This document shows, in pieces, positions 9,026 to 17,648 of a DNA stretch of 63,144 nucleotides (the first letter of the stretch is position 1; each line of letters starts with the position of its first letter). Made by a program: the position numbers and the translations under genes. The notes under the pieces were generated by a model that saw only the letters and a program-made list of their open reading frames with translations, was not told the origin of the DNA and ran no database searches. Source of the stretch: Thermoplasmata archaeon (GTDB lineage: Archaea > Thermoplasmatota > E2 > DHVEG-1); assembly GCA_003942085.1 (NCBI GenBank), contig DQIQ01000004.1:1-63144 (forward strand). The letters run 5' to 3'.

Positions 9026-10063
9026 TTATATATCAACTGGATTCATCAATGGAAATCTATCTTGGTTCCATTCTTTTTGACTACTAAGTGCAACTGATAT
9101 ATTATATGGTGTATCTCCAATACCATCTCCATCAACATCTATTCCATTGTAATTGCCCCAGTAATTTCCATTTGAATTGAAATCCCATGAATTATCCAAT
9201 AACACAGATAAGGCAGGGTCGTTAGGGTCAGAGGCATATTCTTGGGCATCTACATTAGTATTGTTGAAAAAATTGTTATTATAGATAGTGTTATAATTGC
9301 TGTTAAGAATAATGAATCCATGACCATTTAGATAAATATTATTGTCATATATTTCGTTATTTTCGCAGTAATCATAAAGATGAAGACCCGTATCACTATT
9401 TGAATGAATTATATTCCCAGATATTGTAAGATTATGAGATGAAATGAATTGTACGCCCCTGTTTGAAGTATACACTGTATTTTCCGAAAAAATTGTTTGG
9501 TTACATGATTGTGCGTATACTCCAAAATTACTATGAGAATTATTTGAATATATTATGTTTTTTGATATAGCGCACCCATCTGAACTCCACATTGCAATAC
9601 CCACTATGTTGTTTCCCATAATATTCCCAGAAATCATATTATTTGGGGCATTTTCCATATAAATCCCCCAACTGTTATCTGATAAGTTATTATCTGAAAT
9701 TATATTGTCTGAAGAATTTATCCGTATCGCTCTTGTCCCGATTCCACTTTTAATTGTAAAGCCACTAATACTTATTTGGTCTTTGTTAATAGTGATTCCA
9801 TCATTGTTTTCTTTTCCAAGAATAATTGTTTTATCTTTATCTTCTCCAATGAGGCTAATAGTCGTATCAATTACTAAGTTTTCATTGTAAGTTCCACTGT
9901 AAACATGAATGGTGTAACCATCATTTGCAGCAGTGATAGCGGCTTGGATGTTTGTATAGTCCTTGTCCCCTTTGCTATCCACATAAATAGTTTTTGATTC
10001 AACAGGTTGTTCAACACATCCACTAAATGCAATAGTTAAATTAAAACAGCAATTAATAAGCAC
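9026..10063 (-). CDS. right-handed parallel beta-helix repeat protein (NosD/pectin-lyase-fold), probable lipoprotein
   Basis: 345 aa with a GTG start and a lipobox-like IAFSGC near the N-terminus. Contains many N/G/I-rich ~22-aa beta-helix repeats (ISGNIM.NN, ISKNIIYSNN, ISGNIIHSN) and a C-terminal DVDGDGIGD Ca-binding-like motif. Confidence 0.6.
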   Translation of the reverse strand: MLINCCFNLTIAFSGCVEQPVESKTIYVDSKGDKDYTNIQAAITAANDGYTIHVYSGTYNENLVIDTTISLIGEDKDKTIILGKENNDGITINKDQISISGFTIKSGIGTRAIRINSSDNIISDNNLSDNSWGIYMENAPNNMISGNIMGNNIVGIAMWSSDGCAISKNIIYSNNSHSNFGVYAQSCNQTIFSENTVYTSNRGVQFISSHNLTISGNIIHSNSDTGLHLYDYCENNEIYDNNIYLNGHGFIILNSNYNTIYNNNFFNNTNVDAQEYASDPNDPALSVLLDNSWDFNSNGNYWGNYNGIDVDGDGIGDTPYNISVALSSQKEWNQDRFPLMNPVDI

Positions 10064-10101
10064 AATAACTTCCCTTTCATCCTTGTTTCCTCAAATCCAA
10101 A

Positions 10102-10132
10102 ATAGATTAATTATTCATAAATCTACTGTTTT
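10102..10132 (-). promoter_or_regulatory. shared upstream element (copy A) before the beta-helix gene
   Basis: atagattaattattcataaatctactgtttt matches 10728-10758 at ~25/31 positions. Contains an ATAGATT..AATCTAC inverted repeat and an AT-rich TATA-like core. Confidence 0.3.
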
Positions 10133-10210
10133 ATCACAACAGCAGTAAATCAACCTCCGTCAATGAATATCATGTCGGTAAACTGGGATTAAAATCCCTT
10201 TCCATCAGTT

Positions 10211-10705
10211 TTATTGTTTAGACAAGAAGTCATCGACATCCTTAATAAATTCCAATGTCCCGCACTCTATTTGTTTTGTTAAAGTATCTAAATTACTAAA
10301 ATCTGGGTTGTCAACTAAAATGTTCTCCATGATAGAATCAACGCCTTTTGTAGTTGATGGAATGCGGTATTTCTTCCAGTCACTTTCTTTAAACAATTTC
10401 CAATATTTTGTTTGAACCGTTTTATTATATCCTGCTAACCATACCTCAAATTTAAAGGTGTCATGACAAAAAACGATTGCAATTTTCAATTTTTTTCTTT
10501 TTAATGATGCAGGAAAAAAGGAAAAATATGTCATGTCCATATATCCATAATAAATACTCCCAGATACAAAATAATCAGGATATTTGTTTTTAAAATACGT
10601 TCTCAAATCCATGATATATTTCATTAATCCTTTATATGCTTCTTTGATGTCTCCTTTCTTCATCTGTTTTCTATATTCATCGACATATTCATGAAATGGT
10701 TTCAT
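10211..10705 (-). CDS. conserved hypothetical cytoplasmic protein
   Basis: 164-aa ORF with good coding character and no TM. No family could be named confidently from the sequence. Confidence 0.5.
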   Translation of the reverse strand: MKPFHEYVDEYRKQMKKGDIKEAYKGLMKYIMDLRTYFKNKYPDYFVSGSIYYGYMDMTYFSFFPASLKRKKLKIAIVFCHDTFKFEVWLAGYNKTVQTKYWKLFKESDWKKYRIPSTTKGVDSIMENILVDNPDFSNLDTLTKQIECGTLEFIKDVDDFLSKQ

Positions 10706-10727
10706 CCGTAAGATCCTCCATCCTAAG

Positions 10728-10758
10728 ATAGATTATTTACTCATAAATCTGTTCTTTT
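10728..10758 (-). promoter_or_regulatory. shared upstream element (copy B) before the 164-aa gene
   Basis: atagattatttactcataaatctgttctttt lies 23-53 nt upstream of the ATG at 10705. Similar to 10102-10132. Confidence 0.3.
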
Positions 10759-10837
10759 TATAGATAGACCGTATAGAAATGTTCAAATCAGCTTTGATAT
10801 TTCTTTACAGAGTAATTCAGTAGGTCGTAGGAAAACA

Positions 10838-11287
10838 ATGAACAAAAAAAGTATGAATGTTGTGATACGCAGGATGATTCTAAAGGATTATGACGCGGTG
10901 ATTGCTCTTTGGAAAAAAGGGAGCATACCGTACAGACCACAGGGCCGTGATAGTAAAAAAAATATCGGCCGACAATTACAACAACCAACAAGTCTATACT
11001 TTATAGCGGAGAACGAAAGAAGAATTATCGGAGTAATTTTAGGCACACATGATGGACGAAAAGGATGGATCAATCGACTCGTCGTTACTCCGGTGTATCA
11101 ACAGAAAGGGATCGCAAAACAATTGGTTGAAGAAGTTGAACATCACCTTGCAGGCTTAGGAATCGATATTACGGCTTGCCTCATCGAAGATTGGAACAGC
11201 ACATCAATGCAAGTGTTTGAACGGTTAGGATACAAGAAACATACCGATATACTATACTTCTCCAAAAGAAAAAATATTAAGATATAG
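10838..11287 (+). CDS. GNAT family N-acetyltransferase
   Basis: 149 aa. Acetyl-CoA motif A is present: RLVVTPVYQQKGIAKQLVEEVE (Q/RxxGxG/A-like). Confidence 0.75.
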   Translation: MNKKSMNVVIRRMILKDYDAVIALWKKGSIPYRPQGRDSKKNIGRQLQQPTSLYFIAENERRIIGVILGTHDGRKGWINRLVVTPVYQQKGIAKQLVEEVEHHLAGLGIDITACLIEDWNSTSMQVFERLGYKKHTDILYFSKRKNIKI

Positions 11288-11399
11288 GAAGTTAGATACT
11301 ATTTTACCGGTATTTTGTTGGTCAAATCCAGACAACCCCACCGTATTGTTTCGGTCATCCCCCATATAGCTATAAATAGCGAAATTCTATCATAGACGG

Positions 11400-11675
11400 G
11401 TGATGGGAAAACGAGCGGTAACCAAAAAAACCGATGTACTGTCTGCTTCAGAGATCGGCCAGTTCACCTATTGTGCACATGCTTGGCTCTTGCAGCGCTG
11501 CGGGTATACCGCTGAGTCTCCGTTTCTGGAACCAGGGAAACAGGCGCATATCGCCTTGGGTGACACCATCGATGGACTTGAAGAAAAGATGCGGTATTCG
11601 CGATGGTATATCCTTCTTGGTCTTGCAGTATTGTTCATAGGATTTCTTTTTGTATTCTTCGAGGTGATCCTATAG
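11400..11675 (+). CDS. Cas4/DUF83-family nuclease, N-terminal fragment (Cys helix plus first TM helix)
   Basis: SASEIGQFTYCAHAWLL matches the N-terminal Cys context of Cas4-type PD-(D/E)xK nucleases. The ORF ends within the hydrophobic stretch ILLGLAVLFIGFLFVFF. Confidence 0.5.
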   Translation: MMGKRAVTKKTDVLSASEIGQFTYCAHAWLLQRCGYTAESPFLEPGKQAHIALGDTIDGLEEKMRYSRWYILLGLAVLFIGFLFVFFEVIL

Positions 11676-12208
11676 AGTTACTTGTTTTTGGTCTCGTGCT
11701 TCTGATTGGTGCAATCATTATCTTTGCGTATGCATCAAAGATCCGACGTTCCGTACGGGCAAAGAAGAAATCATGTGGGATCCCTAAGGGCATGATTCTG
11801 TATTCTGATCTGAATGTTCCCGCAGCACCGCTGTTCTCGAGTCGTTCCCGTCTTACAGGAAAACCAGATTACATCGTACGAAAAGACGACCATTTCCTCC
11901 CGGTAGAAGTAAAAACAGGAGGCGGACAGCATCCTCATCATAGCCAGGTGCTCCAGCTTGCAGTGTATTGTCAACTGCTTGAAGAGACCACAGGGGCGTT
12001 TGTCCCCGAGGGCATTCTTGTCTATAATAATGTACCCTATACTATTCCGTTTGACCCGAAATTACGCTTCGAGCTCGAATCGGTGATAAAACGCATGCGT
12101 AGCTGCCTGCGCAGTGGTGTCGTTCAAAGGAATCATCAGGAGCAAAAGCGGTGTACGCATTGTTCGATGAGACAGTATTGTAATGATGTTGTTCCGGATG
12201 GTCCATAA
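11603..12208 (+). CDS. Cas4/DUF83-family nuclease, C-terminal fragment (second TM helix plus PD-(D/E)xK core)
   Basis: Lies in the -1 frame relative to 11400-11675. Has the TM LLVFGLVLLIGAIIIFAYA, then GKPDYIV, PVEVK, QLAVYCQLL and the C-terminal CTHCSMRQYC. The true start is unclear because the ORF overlaps the upstream fragment. Confidence 0.55.
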   Translation: MVYPSWSCSIVHRISFCILRGDPIELLVFGLVLLIGAIIIFAYASKIRRSVRAKKKSCGIPKGMILYSDLNVPAAPLFSSRSRLTGKPDYIVRKDDHFLPVEVKTGGGQHPHHSQVLQLAVYCQLLEETTGAFVPEGILVYNNVPYTIPFDPKLRFELESVIKRMRSCLRSGVVQRNHQEQKRCTHCSMRQYCNDVVPDGP

Positions 12209-12263
12209 TTCCATAAAAATAATATACTTATCTTGTATTGTAACCAAACCATCAGAGAACGCT

Positions 12264-13229
12264 ATGGGATATAGTATGAAGAAAGGGCATGGCATCGGAT
12301 TCGGTAAGGCTATCTTGTTTAACGAACACTTTGTCGTCTATGGGATTCCGTCGATTGTGTCGGCAATCGGGAACCACACGGTTGCGAAGATCGAACCCTA
12401 TGACCACGTAGGATTTTCACTTGCGGATAAACGACTTGCAACACCGAAATATAAGGAGGACAAGCTTTCTCAGCAGAAGGAATCCTTTGAGCTTATGTTC
12501 AAGAAAATGGGTATCGATTTATCAAAGAACGGAGTATCCATCACCCTGGAAGGTAATCTCTATGCGGCTAGTGGGATCGGTGCCTCAGCAGCATCGTGTG
12601 TCGCAGTCGCTAGAGCACTTGCTGAATATTTCGATATGAATCTTTCCGATGAAGAGATCAACGATATTGCCTATGAGGGTGAAAAAGGGTATCATGGGAC
12701 GCCGTCTGGCGTAGACAATACCGCGTCGACGTATGGCGGGTTGATCTGGTTCCAGAAAGGTGACAAGAATGTCATTGATCGCATTCCTCTGTTAAATCCT
12801 GTTGAGATCGTGATCGGGAACACCGGAAAGGTGACCGATACGAAAGCAGCGGTTGATGGCGTCAAGCAGCGAAAAGAGAAAAACCCGAAGAAGTACCAGG
12901 AGGTTTTTGACCGAGCTGAGAACATCGCGTATCTGGCGAAACGGGCGATCCAGGATCGATCCTTTCCGAATGTCGGCAAGCTGATGAATGAGAACCATAA
13001 GCTGCTGCAGCAAATCGAGGTGTCGTCACGGGAATTGGATTTCCTGGTCAGTATCGCGCGGGACGCGGGTGCCTTGGGCGCGAAGCTCACCGGTGGCGGC
13101 CTGGGAGGCAACATGCTTGCACTCACCCCTGGAAAAGAGCTGCAGAACAAGGTAGCAAATGCGATTGAAAAAGAAGGTTTCCAGACCGTGAAAACCGTGA
13201 TCGGTGCATCGCGGGAGAGTGTGGAGTAA
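12264..13229 (+). CDS. mvk: mevalonate kinase (GHMP kinase)
   Basis: GKAILFNEHFVVYGIPSIV N-terminal motif, GHMP motif ASGIGASAASCVAVARAL, and KLTGGGLGG near the C-terminus. The ATG at 12264 (or 12276) is preferred over the ORF-track start at 12183. Confidence 0.8.
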   Translation: MGYSMKKGHGIGFGKAILFNEHFVVYGIPSIVSAIGNHTVAKIEPYDHVGFSLADKRLATPKYKEDKLSQQKESFELMFKKMGIDLSKNGVSITLEGNLYAASGIGASAASCVAVARALAEYFDMNLSDEEINDIAYEGEKGYHGTPSGVDNTASTYGGLIWFQKGDKNVIDRIPLLNPVEIVIGNTGKVTDTKAAVDGVKQRKEKNPKKYQEVFDRAENIAYLAKRAIQDRSFPNVGKLMNENHKLLQQIEVSSRELDFLVSIARDAGALGAKLTGGGLGGNMLALTPGKELQNKVANAIEKEGFQTVKTVIGASRESVE

Positions 13230-13231
13230 GT

Positions 13232-14542
13232 ATGAATCTTCGTCCGTTTCTCAAGCAGCTTGAAGAGCAGGAAAAGCTAGTCCGAATCAAAAAGGAAGTT
13301 TCAGTGAAGTATGAGATTGCTAATATCATGTATTCGCTCAATGAAAAACCCGTGATCTTTGAGAACGTCAAAGGCTATGAGTTTCCGGTGTTCGGCGGGA
13401 TCACCTCTGATCGGGATATCATCGCGCAGGGGTTGGGGACGACGAAGGAAAAACTGATGATGAAGCTGGTGGAAGGGCTGCGTCATCCGAAGGTCCCAGA
13501 GGTTGTAGAAAAAGGTCCTTGTCAAGAGGTTGTAATTAAGAATCCTGATCTGAAGAAATTACCCTTATTGTTCCATGTCGATGGTGACGGTGGCAGGTAT
13601 GCGACCGCGACGGTCGCGACGATTAAGGATCCGCAGACCGGTCGGAATGTCGCGTATCATCGGTTGATGGAGCGGAGTCAGAACCGGTTCACCGCCCGAT
13701 TGATTAAGGGGCGGCAGACGCGAACGACCTATGATCGGACCGTTGGTGATCTTGAGATGGCGATCTGCATCGGTAATTCGATTTCTGTGATGCTGGCTGC
13801 ATCACTAGGACCGCCGTCTGGTGTCGATGAGTTTTCCATTGCTAATACGCTTGATCCGATGAAGATGGTGAAATGCAAGACCAAGAATCTTGAGGTCCCC
13901 GCGGAGTCTGAGTTTGTGTTAGAGGGACGCTTAACCAAGGAAGTGGATAAGGAAGGTCCGTTTGTGGATTTGACGGAGACCCGTGATTTTGAGCGTAAGG
14001 AACCTGTGTTTGTCATTGATTGTATCACGCATCGGAAGGATGCATTGTATCAGGCACTGATCCCTGGGAGACTTGAGCATAAGATCCTGATGGGGATGCC
14101 AAAGGAACCGACGATCTATGATGAGGTCAGCAAGGTTGCCGCCTGTAAGAACGTGTTGGTGACCATGGGTGGCGGTTCATGGCTGCATGGGATCGTGCAG
14201 ATTGCAAAGAAGAACCCTGATGACGGGAAGAAAGCAATCGAGGCAGCGTTCACCGGTCATAAGAGCATGAAGCATGTGGTGATCGTTGATGACGATGTCG
14301 ATCTGTATAACCCGACTGCGGTGGAATGGGCTATAGCGACCCGATTCCAAGCTGGAAAGGACCTGGTGGTGAAGCTGGATCAGCCTGGCAGTTCTCTTGA
14401 TCCGTCCTCAAAGCAGGAGGAAGGTAAAAAGGCGCTCACCGACAAGGTCGGGGTGGATGCGACGATCCCGTTTGATGTGGATAAGAAAAAGTATGAGATT
14501 GTGAAATATACGAAAGTGAAGCTTGATGATTACCTCAGGTAG
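13232..14542 (+). CDS. UbiD-family (prFMN-dependent) decarboxylase; by context anhydromevalonate phosphate decarboxylase
   Basis: 436 aa with a UbiD-like N-terminus (LRPFLKQLEEQEKLVRIKKEVS.KYEIA). Starts 2 nt after the mvk stop and sits in the same cluster as the aconitase-X genes. Confidence 0.7.
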   Translation: MNLRPFLKQLEEQEKLVRIKKEVSVKYEIANIMYSLNEKPVIFENVKGYEFPVFGGITSDRDIIAQGLGTTKEKLMMKLVEGLRHPKVPEVVEKGPCQEVVIKNPDLKKLPLLFHVDGDGGRYATATVATIKDPQTGRNVAYHRLMERSQNRFTARLIKGRQTRTTYDRTVGDLEMAICIGNSISVMLAASLGPPSGVDEFSIANTLDPMKMVKCKTKNLEVPAESEFVLEGRLTKEVDKEGPFVDLTETRDFERKEPVFVIDCITHRKDALYQALIPGRLEHKILMGMPKEPTIYDEVSKVAACKNVLVTMGGGSWLHGIVQIAKKNPDDGKKAIEAAFTGHKSMKHVVIVDDDVDLYNPTAVEWAIATRFQAGKDLVVKLDQPGSSLDPSSKQEEGKKALTDKVGVDATIPFDVDKKKYEIVKYTKVKLDDYLR

Positions 14543-14843
14543 AGGAAAGTATAAGGTGTGGCTGCAGCGCCAGAAGATTGGTGTTGACATGGTTTTTTTT
14601 CTTGGCGGGGGGGAACGGTCGCACATTGGTGGTGTGGTGATCGCAGAGCCAGAAAAAAAAGTAAGAGCAATAAGGCTCGCCGGGCATTATGATGATATCG
14701 TTTTACAGCCGATTGCCAAGGCGGCATGCAAAAAATATAAAACGAAAGTTATTACGGTCGGCGGGGTGCATGTCGATAATGCAACAAAAGAAGAAATTGA
14801 TCTGCTAGTAAAAAATTGTAAAAAGTTGGTAAAGAAGATCTGA
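14523..14843 (+). CDS. small LpdD-like protein (putative prenylated-flavin chaperone / UbiD accessory subunit)
   Basis: ~100 aa with FLGGGERSHIGGV and VGGVHVDNATKEEI, resembling the GGxxxHIG / G(I/V)HxD..T..EI pattern of LpdD-type partners of UbiD decarboxylases. Start is uncertain (ATG 14523, GTG 14556). Confidence 0.45.
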   Translation: MMITSGRGKYKVWLQRQKIGVDMVFFLGGGERSHIGGVVIAEPEKKVRAIRLAGHYDDIVLQPIAKAACKKYKTKVITVGGVHVDNATKEEIDLLVKNCKKLVKKI

Positions 14844-14846
14844 TTT

Positions 14847-16013
14847 TTAATGCCCGAACAATCTTTTCGTCACGACCGTCGCATAACTTCCTTTCGGCAA
14901 TGAAAACGACACCTGCATCTTATATCGAATCATGTTTCCTATACTATTAATCTCATCTCGCTCCGGCTTTGAGATCGTGAAATCCTGCGGGATAAGCAGA
15001 ATCTCCCGCGCTCGTGTTTTGAAGAAATTCCCGGCTTCTTCCTCAATTCTAAATTCAGGGAGTTGTAGCCCTTCTTTTTCAAGCACTGATGAAACAATCT
15101 GTTGTTCGCCATCCGTAAACATCGCAGTCTCACTGATTGTCAGAAACGTCAATGGTATCTTTTCTTTCTCTGGTTCTGAGAGGTTTGTATAAAACAATAA
15201 CGCACCGATCGCGTACTCCACCGAGTATAACTTTTTTTTCTCAACAGTGCGTTTCAGCATCTCTTTGACGCATTCGTTCCACAGGAAGCTTTGGTACGCG
15301 TTCACGAACATCTCTCGCAGGTGCGCAGGGATCCTCCGGTACGCCGCACGCCAGTCCTTCGTCTTTGCATACTCCTTAATGACCTCTGCAAACGCTCTAT
15401 TGTACACCCGTACGCTTGCAAGATCATTCCAGGCAGACTGTATCTTCCGTTTATCATCCTTGATTTTCTTCGGCTCTGATTTCTGATATGATGTCAGATA
15501 CTGTTTGACTGCTTTTTCATACTTTTTTAATATTACATCTTTGCCGATAAACGTATTATCGATGACGCTGCCAAACCTCTGTGAATCAAAATAATTCGGC
15601 ACACCAGACGTCGAAATCGTCTCAGCCTTCAGAGCGATATCAGCTAGTTTTTTCTCTTCTACATCACGAACCATGATCGTGAACCGGTTCCCCTTAAGAT
15701 CACCTACCTTTATTTTCTTACGAGAATAGCCAACAAGCGTCAGAACCAGTAAATCCATCTTCAGACCCTGAACATTATATCGGGTTGGAATCGAAATGTA
15801 CTGCCGAGCAAGTGCATGTTTATCCTTGAGTCCTGCATACCCGATCTCAAAGAGCGAAATGCGGATTCGCTGTGCGATCCGACGGATCGCATCGAACGTA
15901 TCAATCTCCTGTTTCTCCAGTAAAAACACGGTATGTTCATCCTTCTCAGTCGACGCCTCAAAACCAGGGAGTTCCTCGACCATGAAATCCGCGGGTTGTT
16001 GTTTCAGCTTCAT
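14847..16013 (-). CDS. truD: tRNA pseudouridine(13) synthase TruD/Pus7
   Basis: MKLKQQPADFMVEE N-terminus and the GLKDKHALARQ catalytic-Asp motif. Length is ~388 aa. Confidence 0.8.
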   Translation of the reverse strand: MKLKQQPADFMVEELPGFEASTEKDEHTVFLLEKQEIDTFDAIRRIAQRIRISLFEIGYAGLKDKHALARQYISIPTRYNVQGLKMDLLVLTLVGYSRKKIKVGDLKGNRFTIMVRDVEEKKLADIALKAETISTSGVPNYFDSQRFGSVIDNTFIGKDVILKKYEKAVKQYLTSYQKSEPKKIKDDKRKIQSAWNDLASVRVYNRAFAEVIKEYAKTKDWRAAYRRIPAHLREMFVNAYQSFLWNECVKEMLKRTVEKKKLYSVEYAIGALLFYTNLSEPEKEKIPLTFLTISETAMFTDGEQQIVSSVLEKEGLQLPEFRIEEEAGNFFKTRAREILLIPQDFTISKPERDEINSIGNMIRYKMQVSFSLPKGSYATVVTKRLFGH

Positions 16014-16075
16014 AGAATAACAAAACAATAAAATAATCCGAGCATATAACCCTGTCCATACGGGGTTGATAGTTC

Positions 16076-17260
16076 ATGTATCTTTCAAAAGAAGAAGAAA
16101 AAATACTCCATGGTGAACAAGGCGAAGTCCCGGAACGCATGCTTCGCTTGCTCACCCAGCTTGGTGACATCTACGGTGCTGACAAGATGATCCCAGTCGG
16201 ATCAGTCCAAGTCGCTGGTGTCTCCTATAAATCCATCGCTGACCCAGGAACCGAGTTCCTCGAAGACCTTGCCGCGAAAGGCGCAAAAGTAAAAGTCCTT
16301 ACTTTCCTCAACCCGGCAGGGATGGACCTTGAGAACTGGGAGAAACTCAAGTTCCCAAAGGAGTTTGCAAAAAACCAGCTCCGCATCATGGATGCTTTTA
16401 AAAGCATGGGCATCGTGATCACCGCGACCTGCACGCCTTATCTTGCGGGAAACCTACCGCGATTTAGAGAGCATATCGCCTGGTCAGAATCCAGTGCTAT
16501 TTCATTTTCAAACTCGGTCATCGGGGCACGAACCAATCGTGAAGGCGGACCTTCTGCTCTTGCCGCTGCAATCCTAGGAAAAACACCGAACTACGGGCTC
16601 CACATCTGGGAAAACCGGCAGCCCACCATCAAAGTCAAGATAGAAACAGACCTTATCTTCGATGCGGACTACGGCGCACTCGGCTACCATGTCGGCAAAC
16701 AAATCAAAAACAAAATACCGTATTTCACCGGCATCAAAAACGCGGATACCGACCAGCTCAAATCACTTGGTGCAGCCATGGCGGCATCCGGTGCTGTTGC
16801 CCTCTACCACATCGAAGGACTCACCCCTGAGGCAGACCTGGTTAAAAAAGACCACCTTGAAACGATCACGGTTACAAAAAAAGAGCTTGACGAGGCGTAC
16901 GCAAAACTCAATACCGGCAAAGAACCGGACATCGTCATCCTCGGCTGCCCGCACGCATCCTTACGAGAGATAGGCTCAGTTGCGGAGAAGCTCAAAGGAA
17001 AACATCTCAGAAAACCAGTCTGGGTGTGCACCTCACGGATGATGAAAGAGGCAGCAGACCGCATGGGATATTCCGATATCATAGAAAAAGCAGGGGGACA
17101 CATCGTCGCAGACACCTGCATGGTCGTCTCACCCATCGAAGATATGGGATATAAAACCACTGGGGTCAACAGCGGTAAGGCAGGGAACTATCTTCCCGGG
17201 TTCTGCAAACAAAACGTGTGTTTTGCTAATCTTGATAAACTCCTGGAGGCAGTAGCATGA
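16076..17260 (+). CDS. aconitase X catalytic domain protein (DUF521); phosphomevalonate dehydratase large subunit
   Basis: 394 aa. MYLSKEEEKILHGEQGE...QVAGVSY and the Cys-containing blocks are typical of AcnX. ATGA overlap with the next ORF. Confidence 0.8.
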   Translation: MYLSKEEEKILHGEQGEVPERMLRLLTQLGDIYGADKMIPVGSVQVAGVSYKSIADPGTEFLEDLAAKGAKVKVLTFLNPAGMDLENWEKLKFPKEFAKNQLRIMDAFKSMGIVITATCTPYLAGNLPRFREHIAWSESSAISFSNSVIGARTNREGGPSALAAAILGKTPNYGLHIWENRQPTIKVKIETDLIFDADYGALGYHVGKQIKNKIPYFTGIKNADTDQLKSLGAAMAASGAVALYHIEGLTPEADLVKKDHLETITVTKKELDEAYAKLNTGKEPDIVILGCPHASLREIGSVAEKLKGKHLRKPVWVCTSRMMKEAADRMGYSDIIEKAGGHIVADTCMVVSPIEDMGYKTTGVNSGKAGNYLPGFCKQNVCFANLDKLLEAVA

Positions 17261-17643
17261 TGAAAGGAAGGACCATCTCGCCAGGGAAAGCCAAGGGGAT
17301 CGCATTAGTCTCAAAGGAACCGATCGGGTTCTACGGCGGCATCAACATCAAAACCGGTATCGTGATAGAGAAAGGCCATCCTCTTGAGGGAAAGAACGTC
17401 AAAGATAAGATTTTGGTCTTTCCCTGCGGCAAAGGTTCCACCGTCGGCTCCTATGTAATTTACGGGCTGCAGAAGAACGGTGTTGCCCCGAAAGGAATCA
17501 TCAACAAAGAAACAGAGACCATTGTCGCAACCGGGGTCATCCTCGCCGGCATCCCTTGTGTCGATAAGATCGATATTGATCAGATCAAAGACGGGGACAC
17601 AGTGGTCTTAAACGCTGATAATGCGACCATCGAAGTCGCATAG
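17257..17643 (+). CDS. aconitase X swivel domain protein (DUF126); phosphomevalonate dehydratase small subunit
   Basis: 128 aa with GKAKGIALVSKEPIGFYGGIN and VFPCGKGSTVGSYV motifs. Translationally coupled to the large subunit. Confidence 0.8.
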   Translation: MMKGRTISPGKAKGIALVSKEPIGFYGGINIKTGIVIEKGHPLEGKNVKDKILVFPCGKGSTVGSYVIYGLQKNGVAPKGIINKETETIVATGVILAGIPCVDKIDIDQIKDGDTVVLNADNATIEVA

Positions 17644-17648
17644 TAACC

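Noticed and set aside
11400-12208. Cas4 homolog as an indicator of a CRISPR-Cas locus.
   Set aside because: No cas1, cas2, effector genes or repeat array occur anywhere in the window. The protein is a solo, TM-containing Cas4-family nuclease, so no CRISPR call was made.
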